Notes under the pieces: model-generated
The model's input: only the letters and a program-made list of their open reading frames with translations
What the model was told of the DNA's origin: nothing
Database searches by the model: none
Program-made: the position numbers and the translations under genes
Assembly (NCBI GenBank): GCA_963713855.1
Contig: OY970209.1
Span: forward strand, 832,001-896,000
Reading direction: 5' to 3'
DNA length: 64,000 nucleotides
Origin: an uncultured bacterium
GTDB lineage: Bacteria > Babelota > Babeliae > Babelales > Babelaceae
Shown here: piece by piece, positions 1-9,841 of the stretch
Position numbering within the stretch: the stretch's first letter is position 1
Layout of the letters: every line of letters starts with the position of its first letter

Positions 1-1
1 T

Positions 2-382
2 TTTTGCTACGGAGAAAATTATCGGTTCTGTAATTTAACTGCTGAACCTATAGAAGTAGAGGCGGAATTTACTATTTTACCGCTTTTACAAAAAGTATAT
101 TCCTTAGCCGGATGGTCTCAAGAGGAAGCCTGCAAAAAATCTATACAACGTTTTAAGGTCATGCCCCGCACTCATCACGACTTAGAATCATGTGCCAGGC
201 TTCATCGAAAAGGGGTATATGTTAATGGGAAAAGACTAAATTTTGTGTGGAGTCTTAAGAATTTCTTCACGGGCGGTACGACAATGTATATCACTGGAAG
301 AAAGCAAGGTGATGTGATGAATTTTGAGGCTAGACATAAGAACGGGATATATGATTGCTCAGAGCAGGCTATGATCGATTAA
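2..382 (+). CDS. hypothetical protein, 5'-truncated by the window edge
   Basis: The frame of the 161..382 ORF is open back to position 2 (FCYGENYRFCNLTAEPIEVEAEF...). Its N-terminal motif resembles that of the 43660..44064 protein. Confidence 0.6.
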   Translation, partial: FCYGENYRFCNLTAEPIEVEAEFTILPLLQKVYSLAGWSQEEACKKSIQRFKVMPRTHHDLESCARLHRKGVYVNGKRLNFVWSLKNFFTGGTTMYITGRKQGDVMNFEARHKNGIYDCSEQAMID

Positions 383-448
383 GTTTACTTAATGCTTAAT
401 ATACCTTATCAGTTTAAGTGGGGGTAGTTCACTGGCTATTCTGGCAAA

Positions 449-486
449 AAAAATAAGCGGCCACTGCAAAAGTGGCCGCTTATTTT
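449..486. terminator. bidirectional intrinsic terminator
   Basis: AAAATAAGCGGCCACT-gcaaa-AGTGGCCGCTTATTTT inverted repeat between convergent genes. Confidence 0.85.
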
Positions 487-492
487 ACATAT

Positions 493-903
493 TTAACGTC
501 TTGCTTTAGCCTTTTTGAGAGCTTTTAAGCAGCGAGCTCTTTTCTTCTTTGAACGAATGGCAGAACATTCTGTCTTTAGCTTATTTTTGTTTGTTTTAAT
601 TTTTCTTAAAGTCCTGTGAATTTTGGTAGCTTTGTACTTTTTAGAAGGGCTAGTAGTTAGTTTTACCGATACTTTCATCCGACGCGTTGGGGCTTTGCTT
701 TCTAGATAGTCCTCGAGTGTTTTGCCTTCTTTTAATGCCCTCATAGACTCCATCATATATCTTTCTCGTATCTGCTTATGAGAATCACGTATCTCAAATT
801 GAAGTGCAGATGTAGATCCCAGAGAAATTCCTGCTTTACTACTATAAGCAGCCAGCAAAGAAATCATAGAAAAAGTAAATACTACATAATTTCTGAGTGC
901 CAT
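493..903 (-). CDS. predicted exported protein with a very Lys/Arg-rich C-terminus
   Basis: Signal-like N-terminus ending SKA; AGGA RBS upstream; basic tail (KKKRARCLKALKKAKARR). Confidence 0.7.
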   Translation of the reverse strand: MALRNYVVFTFSMISLLAAYSSKAGISLGSTSALQFEIRDSHKQIRERYMMESMRALKEGKTLEDYLESKAPTRRMKVSVKLTTSPSKKYKATKIHRTLRKIKTNKNKLKTECSAIRSKKKRARCLKALKKAKARR

Positions 904-1074
904 CGTTATTCCTTATTTCCTATATAGTTAATAAACTATTTGTTAAATACCTTTAATAGTATAACTTAGTTTAAAAATATCTCAAGAAAACAGTTTTGGT
1001 GATAATGCCGCGCTTAAAAAACTCTAGAAATAACAAAGCGAGCCTTAGGTCATTTGGAAAGGATTTACGAGAGG

Positions 1075-1124
1075 AGAAAGAGGCCGTACCAGAGCACTGC
1101 AGTTGCTTGATACGGCCTCTTTCT
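1075..1124 (-). terminator. hairpin downstream of the Cys-rich four-helix gene
   Basis: 14-bp inverted repeat AGAAAGAGGCCGTA...TACGGCCTCTTTCT. Confidence 0.6.
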
Positions 1125-1175
1125 TTAGCATAGCCAATCAAATGGAGTAGATGTCTGTTTATTTCAAGTATCTTT

Positions 1176-1604
1176 TTAGCCTTCTAAGCAAACCTGGCAC
1201 GCTTTTATAGTTGTCTGACAGGCTAAAAGGCACGAAGAAACGGCCCGTACACATGTTGGCCCATGCTCAGATTCAAGCTCTGGGAGTGTTGGTTCTGTCG
1301 CCTCGCATTGCCTAACTGCCTCCTGGCAGGCACTAATACACTCTTTACACGCTTTAATGCATGCCTCAACTTTTTTGATTGTCGCCGCATCTACACACGT
1401 TTTTAAAAACTCGTTCATGTGTTTTATACAGTGGGTGCATGCCGCAATACAATCACGGCAGTTATCATAAAGCTGCTGATCTGTAGCAAGCACTCCTCTA
1501 GTACGATTGCTGTCTATAATTTTCTCGCAGATATCACGGCAGTGCATGCAGCTATGTATACACTCCTGACAAGCCTCGCGTTGAGCTTTGCTCATGATAT
1601 CCAT
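1176..1604 (-). CDS. four-helix bundle copper-binding protein (Csp3/DUF326-like)
   Basis: 20 Cys in helical CxxC/CxxxC spacing; no signal peptide; ATG at 1604 follows an AAGGA RBS. Confidence 0.7.
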   Translation of the reverse strand: MDIMSKAQREACQECIHSCMHCRDICEKIIDSNRTRGVLATDQQLYDNCRDCIAACTHCIKHMNEFLKTCVDAATIKKVEACIKACKECISACQEAVRQCEATEPTLPELESEHGPTCVRAVSSCLLACQTTIKACQVCLEG

Positions 1605-1881
1605 ACCATTTTCCTTACCCCTTAGAAAGTTCACTTTCTTTGTAGTATAAAAGTGAGTCCCGGGTCAAGATTTCGATTTTTATGCTAATGCTTTTTTAGT
1701 CACTCTTCTTTTAGCGATTTTCGCACGCTAGTTCCATTCTAGCTCACTTTTCCGATTCACGAACGAACACATTTATGTTTATTTATATTTGTCAAAAATA
1801 TTGACTTTATAAAATAAAATCGAATATTATAAAAAGTAGAAAGCAGCATTGATAATATATTGATAATATAAGGAGTACTGT

Positions 1882-2331
1882 ATGAAACCTTTTTACTTAC
1901 TGATGCTCTTTGGATGTGTGATGACAGAATGGACTTTTGGTGCATGTTCCGACCCAAATTTGGTAAATGACTCGAGGGGTAGCTGCTGTTTGCCTAATAA
2001 ACTCAATACGAAGGCGAATTTGTGTTGTCCGGATAATGCCGATTTTAACAGCCGAACAGCCGTTTGTTGCCCAAAAGAATATCCTAAAGCTGTCTTGGGA
2101 ACGTGTTGTACCTCAGAAAATTCTGATGCTAAATGTGTCGATGCAAAAGGAAAAGTATGCCCCACTGGCAACATGAATCGAGCAAAGAATAGTTGTTGCG
2201 ATGCTCCGTATAACCCCGTAGCTCATGTTTGCTGTACGAAGGAATTTCCTCTCGCTGCCGATCTCATAAATGGCGTATGCTGTTCAGATACTACTGGGCA
2301 GTTTTGCATAACTCCACGCGGAGCTCGATAA
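1882..2331 (+). CDS. secreted Cys-rich protein with di-cysteine (galaxin-like) repeats
   Basis: AAGGAG RBS, signal peptide, repeated CC pairs such as SCCDAPYNPVAHVCC. Confidence 0.75.
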   Translation: MKPFYLLMLFGCVMTEWTFGACSDPNLVNDSRGSCCLPNKLNTKANLCCPDNADFNSRTAVCCPKEYPKAVLGTCCTSENSDAKCVDAKGKVCPTGNMNRAKNSCCDAPYNPVAHVCCTKEFPLAADLINGVCCSDTTGQFCITPRGAR

Positions 2332-2450
2332 TCTTAGGTTAAAATTCACGCGCAGAAAGTTATGACAATTTTTTGCAAAATGCTTTTATCAATGTATACT
2401 AGTAGGCAATTATCATTAACACTTTAACCTATTACTTTAAAGGAATTGCC

Positions 2451-2585
2451 ATGAAGCATTGTAATAATGCTAAAGCGCAGCCTAATTGTACGTCCCTTTT
2501 TGCAGAATGCCGCATATCTCTTGCTTCTTCTCTTTATCCTTACCTACCCCTTCTACTTATTATTGTGGCAATTAGCCCACTGTAA
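2451..2585 (+). CDS. possible 44-aa small protein or leader peptide
   Basis: AAGGA RBS then MKHCNNAKAQPNCTSLFAECRISLASSLYPYLPLLLIIVAISPL*. Not in the ORF track. Confidence 0.35.
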   Translation: MKHCNNAKAQPNCTSLFAECRISLASSLYPYLPLLLIIVAISPL

Positions 2586-2708
2586 ACTTTTTTACCTTAC
2601 CCTTTTTTTACATTAAACATTAGTCTTTTAGGCGTTTACGCTTTAAAAGCTTAAAGATAACAACAGTATATTTTTGCTAAAGAAATATATTTTACGTGAG
2701 TTTTTACT

Positions 2709-3086
2709 ATGAAAATGAGACACATAGCTGTCATGGTGCTCTTTGTGAGCTCGGCAGCTTCTTCGACTATGGAACGTCCGTATGACAATCATGTAATGGA
2801 CTCAATAAGAGCGGTTACAACGGTCGGTGCTGCAGGTTCAGGCATTGCATATCTTATTGCGCACTATGTGCAGGGCATGAATCAGGCGGCTGGTACTTTA
2901 CCCAAAACTTATACAATGTATGGGTTTAAGAACCCTCCATATAGATACTTATCGATGTTTTTTGCGTTCACAACATTTAATGCGGTTGCGGGCAATATAT
3001 GCGCCAATCCTTTAGTACATAAATTGTTTATGGCTCTTTTGAGAGCTGCTTACAAAGATCACATTAGTTCCGATAAAGAGCTTTAA
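2709..3086 (+). CDS. hypothetical exported/membrane protein (signal peptide followed by ME)
   Basis: MKMRHIAVMVLFVSSAASST-MERP; two further hydrophobic segments. Confidence 0.7.
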   Translation: MKMRHIAVMVLFVSSAASSTMERPYDNHVMDSIRAVTTVGAAGSGIAYLIAHYVQGMNQAAGTLPKTYTMYGFKNPPYRYLSMFFAFTTFNAVAGNICANPLVHKLFMALLRAAYKDHISSDKEL

Positions 3087-3096
3087 GAGGAAAAAT

Positions 3097-4215
3097 ATGA
3101 AAAAGATAGCATTGTTTTGCTTAATGGGCTTTGCGCAATTTTGTAGGACCGAAATTCCTATAGAGCGTAGTGCGACACCCACAAATCCGCCTGCCGATAT
3201 ACACAAAGTACCTTTTGGGTCAATCTTTTCTGACCATATGTTTGTTATGGACTGGACTCAAGAAAAAGGATGGCACGATGCGCGTATTGAGCCATATAAG
3301 CCTTTTTTACTTGCGCCTTCATCCCATCACATGCATTATGGTTCGGAGATTTTTGAAGGGATGAAAGCCTACAGAAAGACTGATGGCAAAAAAGTCATAT
3401 TCAGGCCCCGTGATCATTTTACTCGCTTTAATGAGTCAGCTAAGCGTATGTGTATGCCTACTATCGACATCGAATTTGTGCTTAAGGCACTAAAGCTTCT
3501 TTTAATAGAAGATGAAGCATGGATACCTAAAGTGCCGGGTAGTGCGCTTTATATTCGACCTTCTATGATTTCAACCGAGGAGACAATTAACTTAAAAGTA
3601 TCTAATCGGTTTAGGTTCTTTATACTTCTTTCTCCAGTGTTTTCTCTCTATGAGGGGGGCTTTAAGCCGCTTTCTATCGTCGCAAGCGATGTATATACGC
3701 GTTCATCGATTGGCGGAGTCGGTCAAGCAAAAACGGGTGGTAATTATGCCGCAAGCATGCTTGCGACTCAGGAGGCCAAGAAAGAAGGATTTGCCCAAGT
3801 TTTGTGGCTCGATCCTCAAGAACGCAAATATGTAGAAGAAGTTGGCTCGATGAACATATTTTTTGTTATAGATGACGTTCTTATAACACCAGAGCTTACA
3901 GGAACTATTTTACCCGGCATTACAAGGCGTTCTCTCATCGAGCTTGCAAGAAAGGAAAGTATTCCTCTTATTGAGCGACGTATCGCGCTTCAAGAAGTTC
4001 TTAGCGCAATAGAAAAGGGTTCTTGTACTGAAGTGTTTGGGACAGGAACGGCCGCCGTAATAGCTCCAATTGGTAACCTTTCTTATAAAGGAAAAGAATA
4101 TGTTGTTAATAAGAATGTAACAGGCCCCAAAACCGAACGCATGTTCAAACTTATTACCGGCATTCAGCAAGGAACCGAAAAAGATTCTTTTAATTGGTTA
4201 GAAGAAATCGTATAA
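3097..4215 (+). CDS. ilvE: branched-chain amino acid aminotransferase (PLP fold type IV)
   Basis: FSDHM, HYGSEIFEGMKAY, LYIRP, AKTGGNYA (catalytic Lys), EEVGSMNIFF, ILPGITR, EVFGTGTAAVI motifs. Confidence 0.95.
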   Translation: MKKIALFCLMGFAQFCRTEIPIERSATPTNPPADIHKVPFGSIFSDHMFVMDWTQEKGWHDARIEPYKPFLLAPSSHHMHYGSEIFEGMKAYRKTDGKKVIFRPRDHFTRFNESAKRMCMPTIDIEFVLKALKLLLIEDEAWIPKVPGSALYIRPSMISTEETINLKVSNRFRFFILLSPVFSLYEGGFKPLSIVASDVYTRSSIGGVGQAKTGGNYAASMLATQEAKKEGFAQVLWLDPQERKYVEEVGSMNIFFVIDDVLITPELTGTILPGITRRSLIELARKESIPLIERRIALQEVLSAIEKGSCTEVFGTGTAAVIAPIGNLSYKGKEYVVNKNVTGPKTERMFKLITGIQQGTEKDSFNWLEEIV

Positions 4216-4229
4216 AGCACTTCCTAGAT

Positions 4230-4285
4230 TCATAGCACTAAAGGATACTTTCGCTTTGTTCCTTTAGTGCTATGATTGTTTTTCC
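4230..4285 (+). terminator. intrinsic terminator after ilvE
   Basis: 16-bp inverted repeat TCATAGCACTAAAGGA...TCCTTTAGTGCTATGA followed by TTGTTTTT. Confidence 0.75.
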
Positions 4286-4318
4286 AGATCATATGTTTAA
4301 CGTACGCAGAGGAATTAT

Positions 4319-5470
4319 ATGATTAAGAAAACAAAAAGTGCCTCAGAGGCTCTCCAACATGCTAGGGAATATGCAGAGACTCTAGTCAGCATTAAGAAAG
4401 AAATCGCTCAGGCACAATTGAAAGCAGTAGCTGCTGCCAATAAAGAAATGGCTCTGCTCTACTGGTCAATCGGCAAAACTTTATTCGAAAGAGCAGATAA
4501 AAGTTCATGGGGAACGAGCGTTATGGAACGTTTAGCCAAAGATCTACAAACTGCTTTTCCGGGAATTGCCGGTTTTTCCAAAACTAATGTGTTTCGAATG
4601 AAGGCATTTTTTATCGCTTATTCAAAAATTCCCACGGCTGTGGGAAAATTAGAGTACTTTCCAGTCTTTAAGATCCCCTGGGGGCATAATGTGGTTTTAT
4701 TAGAAAGAATAAAAACCATCAATGAACGGCTCTGGTATGCACAAAAGACAATCGACCACGGTTGGAGCCGCAGCATGCTTGATACATGGATCAAGGCAAA
4801 ATTGTACCAAAGAGAAGGGAAGGCTATTACAAACTTTAAAAGAACCTTGCCGTCACCAAGTTCTGATCTAGCTCATCAGGCACTAAAAGACCCCTATCTT
4901 CTAGACTTTCTGAGCTTACATAAAGAGCATCTTGAAAAAGAGGTAGAAGACGGACTCGTTAGCCATATCCAAAATTTTCTTGTAGAACTTGGTCAGGGTT
5001 TTGCTTTTGTTGGTCGCCAATACCATCTTGTAGTAGACGAAAAGGATTATTATATCGATCTTCTTTTCTATAACTTTAAGCTGCGCTCCTTTGTAGTAAT
5101 TGAGCTTAAAGCGCGAGATTTTGATCCAAGGGATACGGGGCAAATAAGCTTTTACCTTGCTGCGATAGATAGTACTCTGAAACACGAGGATGATAAGCCA
5201 ACTATCGGTCTTATTCTTTGTAAGAACAAAAAAAGTCTGACGGTTGAGTATGCTTTGCGGAGCAATGTGGGACCTATTGGAGTAGCAAGCTACGAAACTC
5301 ATATTTTGGAAAATCTACCAAAAGAGTTTAAGGGAAGCCTTCCAACTATTGAGGAAATTGAGGCAGAGTTAGCAAAAAAAGACATACTCTTTAAAAAATA
5401 CGCACAAAAAACAAAGCCCGATGGCAAGCCAAAGCTAAAGAAGGTACCAACCGAGCTCTACAATGCTTAA
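4319..5470 (+). CDS. YhcG/DUF1016 family PD-(D/E)XK nuclease
   Basis: LYWSIG, IPWGHN, KDPYLLDFL, ELGQGFAFVGRQ, YIDLLFY...VVIELK, PTIGLILC, LPTIEEIEAEL motifs. Confidence 0.92.
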   Translation: MIKKTKSASEALQHAREYAETLVSIKKEIAQAQLKAVAAANKEMALLYWSIGKTLFERADKSSWGTSVMERLAKDLQTAFPGIAGFSKTNVFRMKAFFIAYSKIPTAVGKLEYFPVFKIPWGHNVVLLERIKTINERLWYAQKTIDHGWSRSMLDTWIKAKLYQREGKAITNFKRTLPSPSSDLAHQALKDPYLLDFLSLHKEHLEKEVEDGLVSHIQNFLVELGQGFAFVGRQYHLVVDEKDYYIDLLFYNFKLRSFVVIELKARDFDPRDTGQISFYLAAIDSTLKHEDDKPTIGLILCKNKKSLTVEYALRSNVGPIGVASYETHILENLPKEFKGSLPTIEEIEAELAKKDILFKKYAQKTKPDGKPKLKKVPTELYNA

Positions 5471-5489
5471 AAGCGAGGAGCAAACGCTC

Positions 5490-5517
5490 TTGCAAAAATC
5501 TTAATAAGTGATACTCT
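5490..5517 (+). promoter_or_regulatory. putative sigma70 promoter of the str operon
   Basis: TTGCAA-16 nt-TACTCT with a TG extended -10, upstream of rpsL. Confidence 0.4.
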
Positions 5518-5624
5518 AGTCATAAAGCCTTAAAAAGCTATAGTTAGATCGTTCGTATAGCGCACGATATTCTTAAGTCATTCATACAAAATAGTTAGAC
5601 GTAAAAGAGGGCGGAACCAGTCTT

Positions 5625-6008
5625 ATGCCGACGATAAATCAATTATCTCGCTCAGAGCGAGTACAGCCAAAAGAAAAAACCAAGAGTGCAGCGCTTAAAG
5701 GAAAGCCGCAGGCTCGAGGTGTCTGTGTGCGTGTTTTTACCGTGACACCAAAAAAGCCTAATTCGGCTTTGCGTAAAGTAGCACGTGTTAAGCTCTCTAC
5801 AGGAATAGAGATTACTGCGTATATCGGCGGTGAAGGTCACAACCTGCAGGAGCACTCTGTTGTTCTTGTGCGTGGTGGCAGAGTTAAAGATCTTCCCGGT
5901 GTCAAGTACCATGTCGTACGTGGAGCACTTGATGCTGCAGGTGTTGCTAACCGTAAACAAGGACGTTCGCTTTATGGCGCTAAGCGTCCAAAGGCTGCTA
6001 AAGGTTAA
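5625..6008 (+). CDS. rpsL: 30S ribosomal protein S12
   Basis: MPTINQL...[10 protein letters not shown]...[10 protein letters not shown]. Confidence 0.98.
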   Translation: MPTINQLSRSERVQPKEKTKSAALKGKPQARGVCVRVFTVTPKKPNSALRKVARVKLSTGIEITAYIGGEGHNLQEHSVVLVRGGRVKDLPGVKYHVVRGALDAAGVANRKQGRSLYGAKRPKAAKG

Positions 6009-6019
6009 AAAGGATAATT

Positions 6020-6502
6020 ATGGCAAGACGCAAATCAGTCTCTCTTATACGTGATATTGGCGTAGATCCTCGTTTTGGTTCTCACGAGGTGGCAAAGTTT
6101 ACTAATATACTTATGGAACGTGGTAAGAAGAATATCGCACGCGGCATTCTTGATGATACCTTTACCGTTCTTACTCAAAAAATTGGTGGCGATGATGATC
6201 GCGCATTACAGCTTTTTCATAAAGCGTTACAAAATGTGATACCAAGTATTGAAGTACGCCCAAAAAGGGTTGGTGGCAGTGTCTATCAAATTCCTACAGA
6301 AGTACCTACGCGCCGTGGAAATTCCTTGGCCATGCGTTGGCTTATAGATGCAGCTGCTACACGTCATGATAAGCGTATGGGGATCAGAATAGCTAATGAG
6401 ATCCTTGAGGCAGCTGAAGGAAGAGGCAACGCGGTTAAGAAAAAGATAGATATGCATAAGATGGCCGAAGCTAATAGAGCTTTTGCCCATTATTCCTGGT
6501 AA
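6020..6502 (+). CDS. rpsG: 30S ribosomal protein S7
   Basis: RVGGSVYQIP, MAEANRAFAHY; follows rpsL. Confidence 0.97.
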   Translation: MARRKSVSLIRDIGVDPRFGSHEVAKFTNILMERGKKNIARGILDDTFTVLTQKIGGDDDRALQLFHKALQNVIPSIEVRPKRVGGSVYQIPTEVPTRRGNSLAMRWLIDAAATRHDKRMGIRIANEILEAAEGRGNAVKKKIDMHKMAEANRAFAHYSW

Positions 6503-6512
6503 AAGGTGATAC

Positions 6513-8605
6513 ATGAGTATTCCTCTCGAGCGATTTAGAAATATAGGTATAGCAGCTCACATAGATGCGGGTAAAACAACAGTAACAGAACGTATATTGT
6601 TTTATACCGGCGTTTCTCATAAGCTGGGGGAAGTTCATGAGGGCGCAGACAACGACTGACTGGATGGAACAAGAGAAAGAGCGCGGTATAACTATCACGG
6701 CTGCTGCTATAAGCTCTACTTGGAAGAACCACCAAATCAATATCATCGATACGCCTGGGCACGTTGATTTTACCATTGAAGTTGGAAGATCGATTCGTGT
6801 GCTTGATGGTATGATTGCGGTTTTTTGTGGCGTTGGTTGCGTTCAGCCTCAATCTGAGACGGTATGGCGACAAGCTAATCGGTATAAAGTTCCTCGTATT
6901 ATTTTTGTTAATAAATTAGATCGTATTGGCGCTGATTATTTTAAAGTTATCCAAGACGTAAACAATAAGCTACATGCTAATGCAGTAGCTATGCAGCTAC
7001 CTGTTGGTGCCTCTGATCAATTTAAAGGTATAATTGATCTCATGACCATGAAAATGGCCACATTTGGTGAGGGAGAGGATAGGGGTATAACTATCGCTTG
7101 GGGTGAGATACCTGCGGAATATAAAGAGCAAGCTGAAGAACTGCGCCTTAAAATGGTTGAAAAAGCGTGCTGAATTGGATGATGCTTTAACTGGATAAGT
7201 TTCTTAAATGAATAAGAAATCACTATCCCAGAAATTAAAGCAGCGTTACGAAAAGGTGTGATTGCTACGAAAGTTACGCCGGCATTTGCTGGTTCAGCTT
7301 TTAAAAATAAGGGCGTCCAACTTGTGCTTGATGGCTGTGATAGATTATCTTGCCTTCACCTCTTGATATTCCGCCAGTAGAAGGTCTAAATCCGTCAACA
7401 GGTGAGACTGAGATCGTATGACTGATCCTAAAGGTCCTTTTGCCGGCTTAGTATTTAAGATTATGACAGATCCGTTTGTTGGTGTATTAAGCTTTGTTCG
7501 TGTCTATTCGGGTACATTAAAATCAGGTTCATACGTCTATAATCCAAGCAAGGACATCAAAGAGCGTGTCAGCCGCTTAGTTCGTTTGCATGCAAATAAG
7601 CGTGAAGAAATTCAGGAGCTTTGCTGCAGGTGATATTGGCGCAGTGGTAGGTCTTAAAGATCCCGCAACTGGGGATACTATTTGCGATGAACAACATCCA
7701 ATACTGCTTGAAAAAATTGATATACCTGCTCCAGTTATTTCAGCGTCAGTAGAGCCGAATGCAAAGGCTGAGTATGATAAGATGGTTGTTGGCCTTAGAA
7801 AGTTATGCAGGAAGATCCCTCGTTTCAGTTTAGTTATGATAAAGAAACTGCAGCAGACGGTAGTTAGAGGAATGGGTGAGCTTCATCTTGAGATCATCCT
7901 TGATCGCTTAAAGCGCGAGCATAAAGTTGAGGTAACTCAAGGTAAGATGCAAGTTGCGTATAAAGAAACAATTCAAAAACCCGCAGAGTCTGAGGGTAAA
8001 TTTATTCGTCAAACTGGTGGCCATGGACAGTATGGTCACGTATGGTTGACGGTAGAGCCGTTACCGCGAGGTAAGGGATACGAATTTGAGAGTAAGATTG
8101 TTGGTGGAACTGTACCGACGGGAATATATTCCTGCGATACAAAAGGGACTTGAAGAAGCACGATTAACAGGTGTTCTTGCTGGATATCCGGTTGTTGATA
8201 TTAAAGCAAGCCCTTTTGATGGTTCTTATCATGAGGTTGACTCTTCCGAACTTGCCTTTAAGATTGCAAGTCATTATGGCCTTTAAAGCTGCTATGGCTA
8301 AAGCGGATCCTGTGCTGCTTGAGCCTATCATGCGTGTTGAAGTAGAAACGCCTGAAGACCATATGGGTGATGTTATGGGTGACTTGAATGCTCGACGTGG
8401 CCGTATTCTGGGCATGGATGCAAGAGCCGGTTCGCAGTTGATTGTGGCTGAGGTGCCGCTTGCTGCCATGTTTGGTTATGCAACCCAGTTGCGTTCTATG
8501 ACCAAAGGAAGAGCAAGTTACTCAATGGAGTTTGAATGTTACCGTGAGGTTCCGAGCAACGTTCAAGAAGAAGTGATTAGTGGAGCTAAGGCCTCACAGG
8601 GCTGA
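6513..8605 (+). CDS. fusA: elongation factor G (several frameshifts, probably sequencing errors)
   Basis: [60 protein letters not shown] and [12 protein letters not shown] fall in successive different frames. Confidence 0.95.
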
Positions 8606-8633
8606 GTAATAGTTAACGTTTTTGGAGAAGACG

Positions 8634-9829
8634 ATGGCAACAAAAGGTGAATTTAAACGTACGAAGCCCCACGTTAACGTTGGTACAATTGGCCACGTTG
8701 ACCATGGTAAGACAACTTTAACTGCAGCAATTACCAAAGTCCTTGCTGATAAAGGTCTTGCTGAAGCTTTAAAGTTTGATCAAATTGATAAAGCGCCTGA
8801 GGAAAAGGCGCGCGGTATTACAATTGCAATTTCTCACGTAGAGTATGAGAGTGCAAAACGCCACTATGCGCACGTTGACTGTCCTGGTCACGCTGACTAT
8901 GTTAAAAACATGATCACCGGTGCTGCTCAGATGGATGGCGCGATTTTGGTTGTATCTGCTGCTGATGGCGCAATGCCACAAACACGTGAGCATATTTTGC
9001 TTTCAAAGAACGTTGGTGTACCAACGATTGGTAGTTTTTTTAAATAAGGTTGACATGGTTGACGATGCTGATATGGTCGACATGGTAGAAGAAGAAGTTC
9101 GTGACCTTCTTAAGAAATATGATTTTCCTGGTGGTGAGATTCCGATTATCCGCGGTGCAGCAGCTTAAAGCGCTCAACGGTGACCAGGGTGAGCTTGGTG
9201 CTCAAGCAATTATGAAGCTTATTGAAGCTCTTGATACGTATATCCCTGAGCCACAACGTGAAGTAGATAAGCCATTCTTGATGGCTGTTGAGGGCGTTTT
9301 GAGCATCTCCGGTCGCGGTACCGTCGCAACAGGACGTATTGAGCGCGGACGCATTAAAGTTGGCGACGAAGTTGAAGTACTTGGTTTTGGCGCCAATATG
9401 AAATCTACGGTCACTGGACTTGAGATGTTTCGTAAGAGCTTGAACGAAGGTGAAGCTGGTGATAACATTGGTCTTCTTCTTCGTGGTGCAAAACGCGAAG
9501 AAATTGAGCGTGGGATGGTTATTGCAAAGCCTGGTTCGGTAAAGCCTCACAGCAAGTTCAAAGCTCAAGTATATGTATTGAGTCAAGATGAAGGTGGTCG
9601 TACAACACCATTCTTCACAGGGTATCGTCCACAATTTTATTTCAGAACAACCGACGTGACTGGCAACGTTGCGCTTCCAGCAGGCCGTGAAATGGTTATG
9701 CCTGGTGATAACGTTGAGTTAACGATCGATCTTATTTCTCCAATTGTTATGGAGAAGGACGTTCGTTTTTCTATTCGTGAAGGCGGTAGAACAGTTGGTT
9801 CTGGTGTTGTTACTGAAATTATAGAATAA
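8634..9829 (+). CDS. tuf: elongation factor Tu (frameshifts near 9030 and 9163)
   Basis: [51 protein letters not shown]. Confidence 0.96.
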
Positions 9830-9841
9830 ATAGGCTATTAG

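Noticed and set aside
6513..9829. Programmed frameshifting or an alternative genetic code in fusA and tuf
   Set aside because: The breaks are frame changes at varied sequence contexts, not read-through of one stop codon, and other genes end normally at TAA, TAG and TGA.
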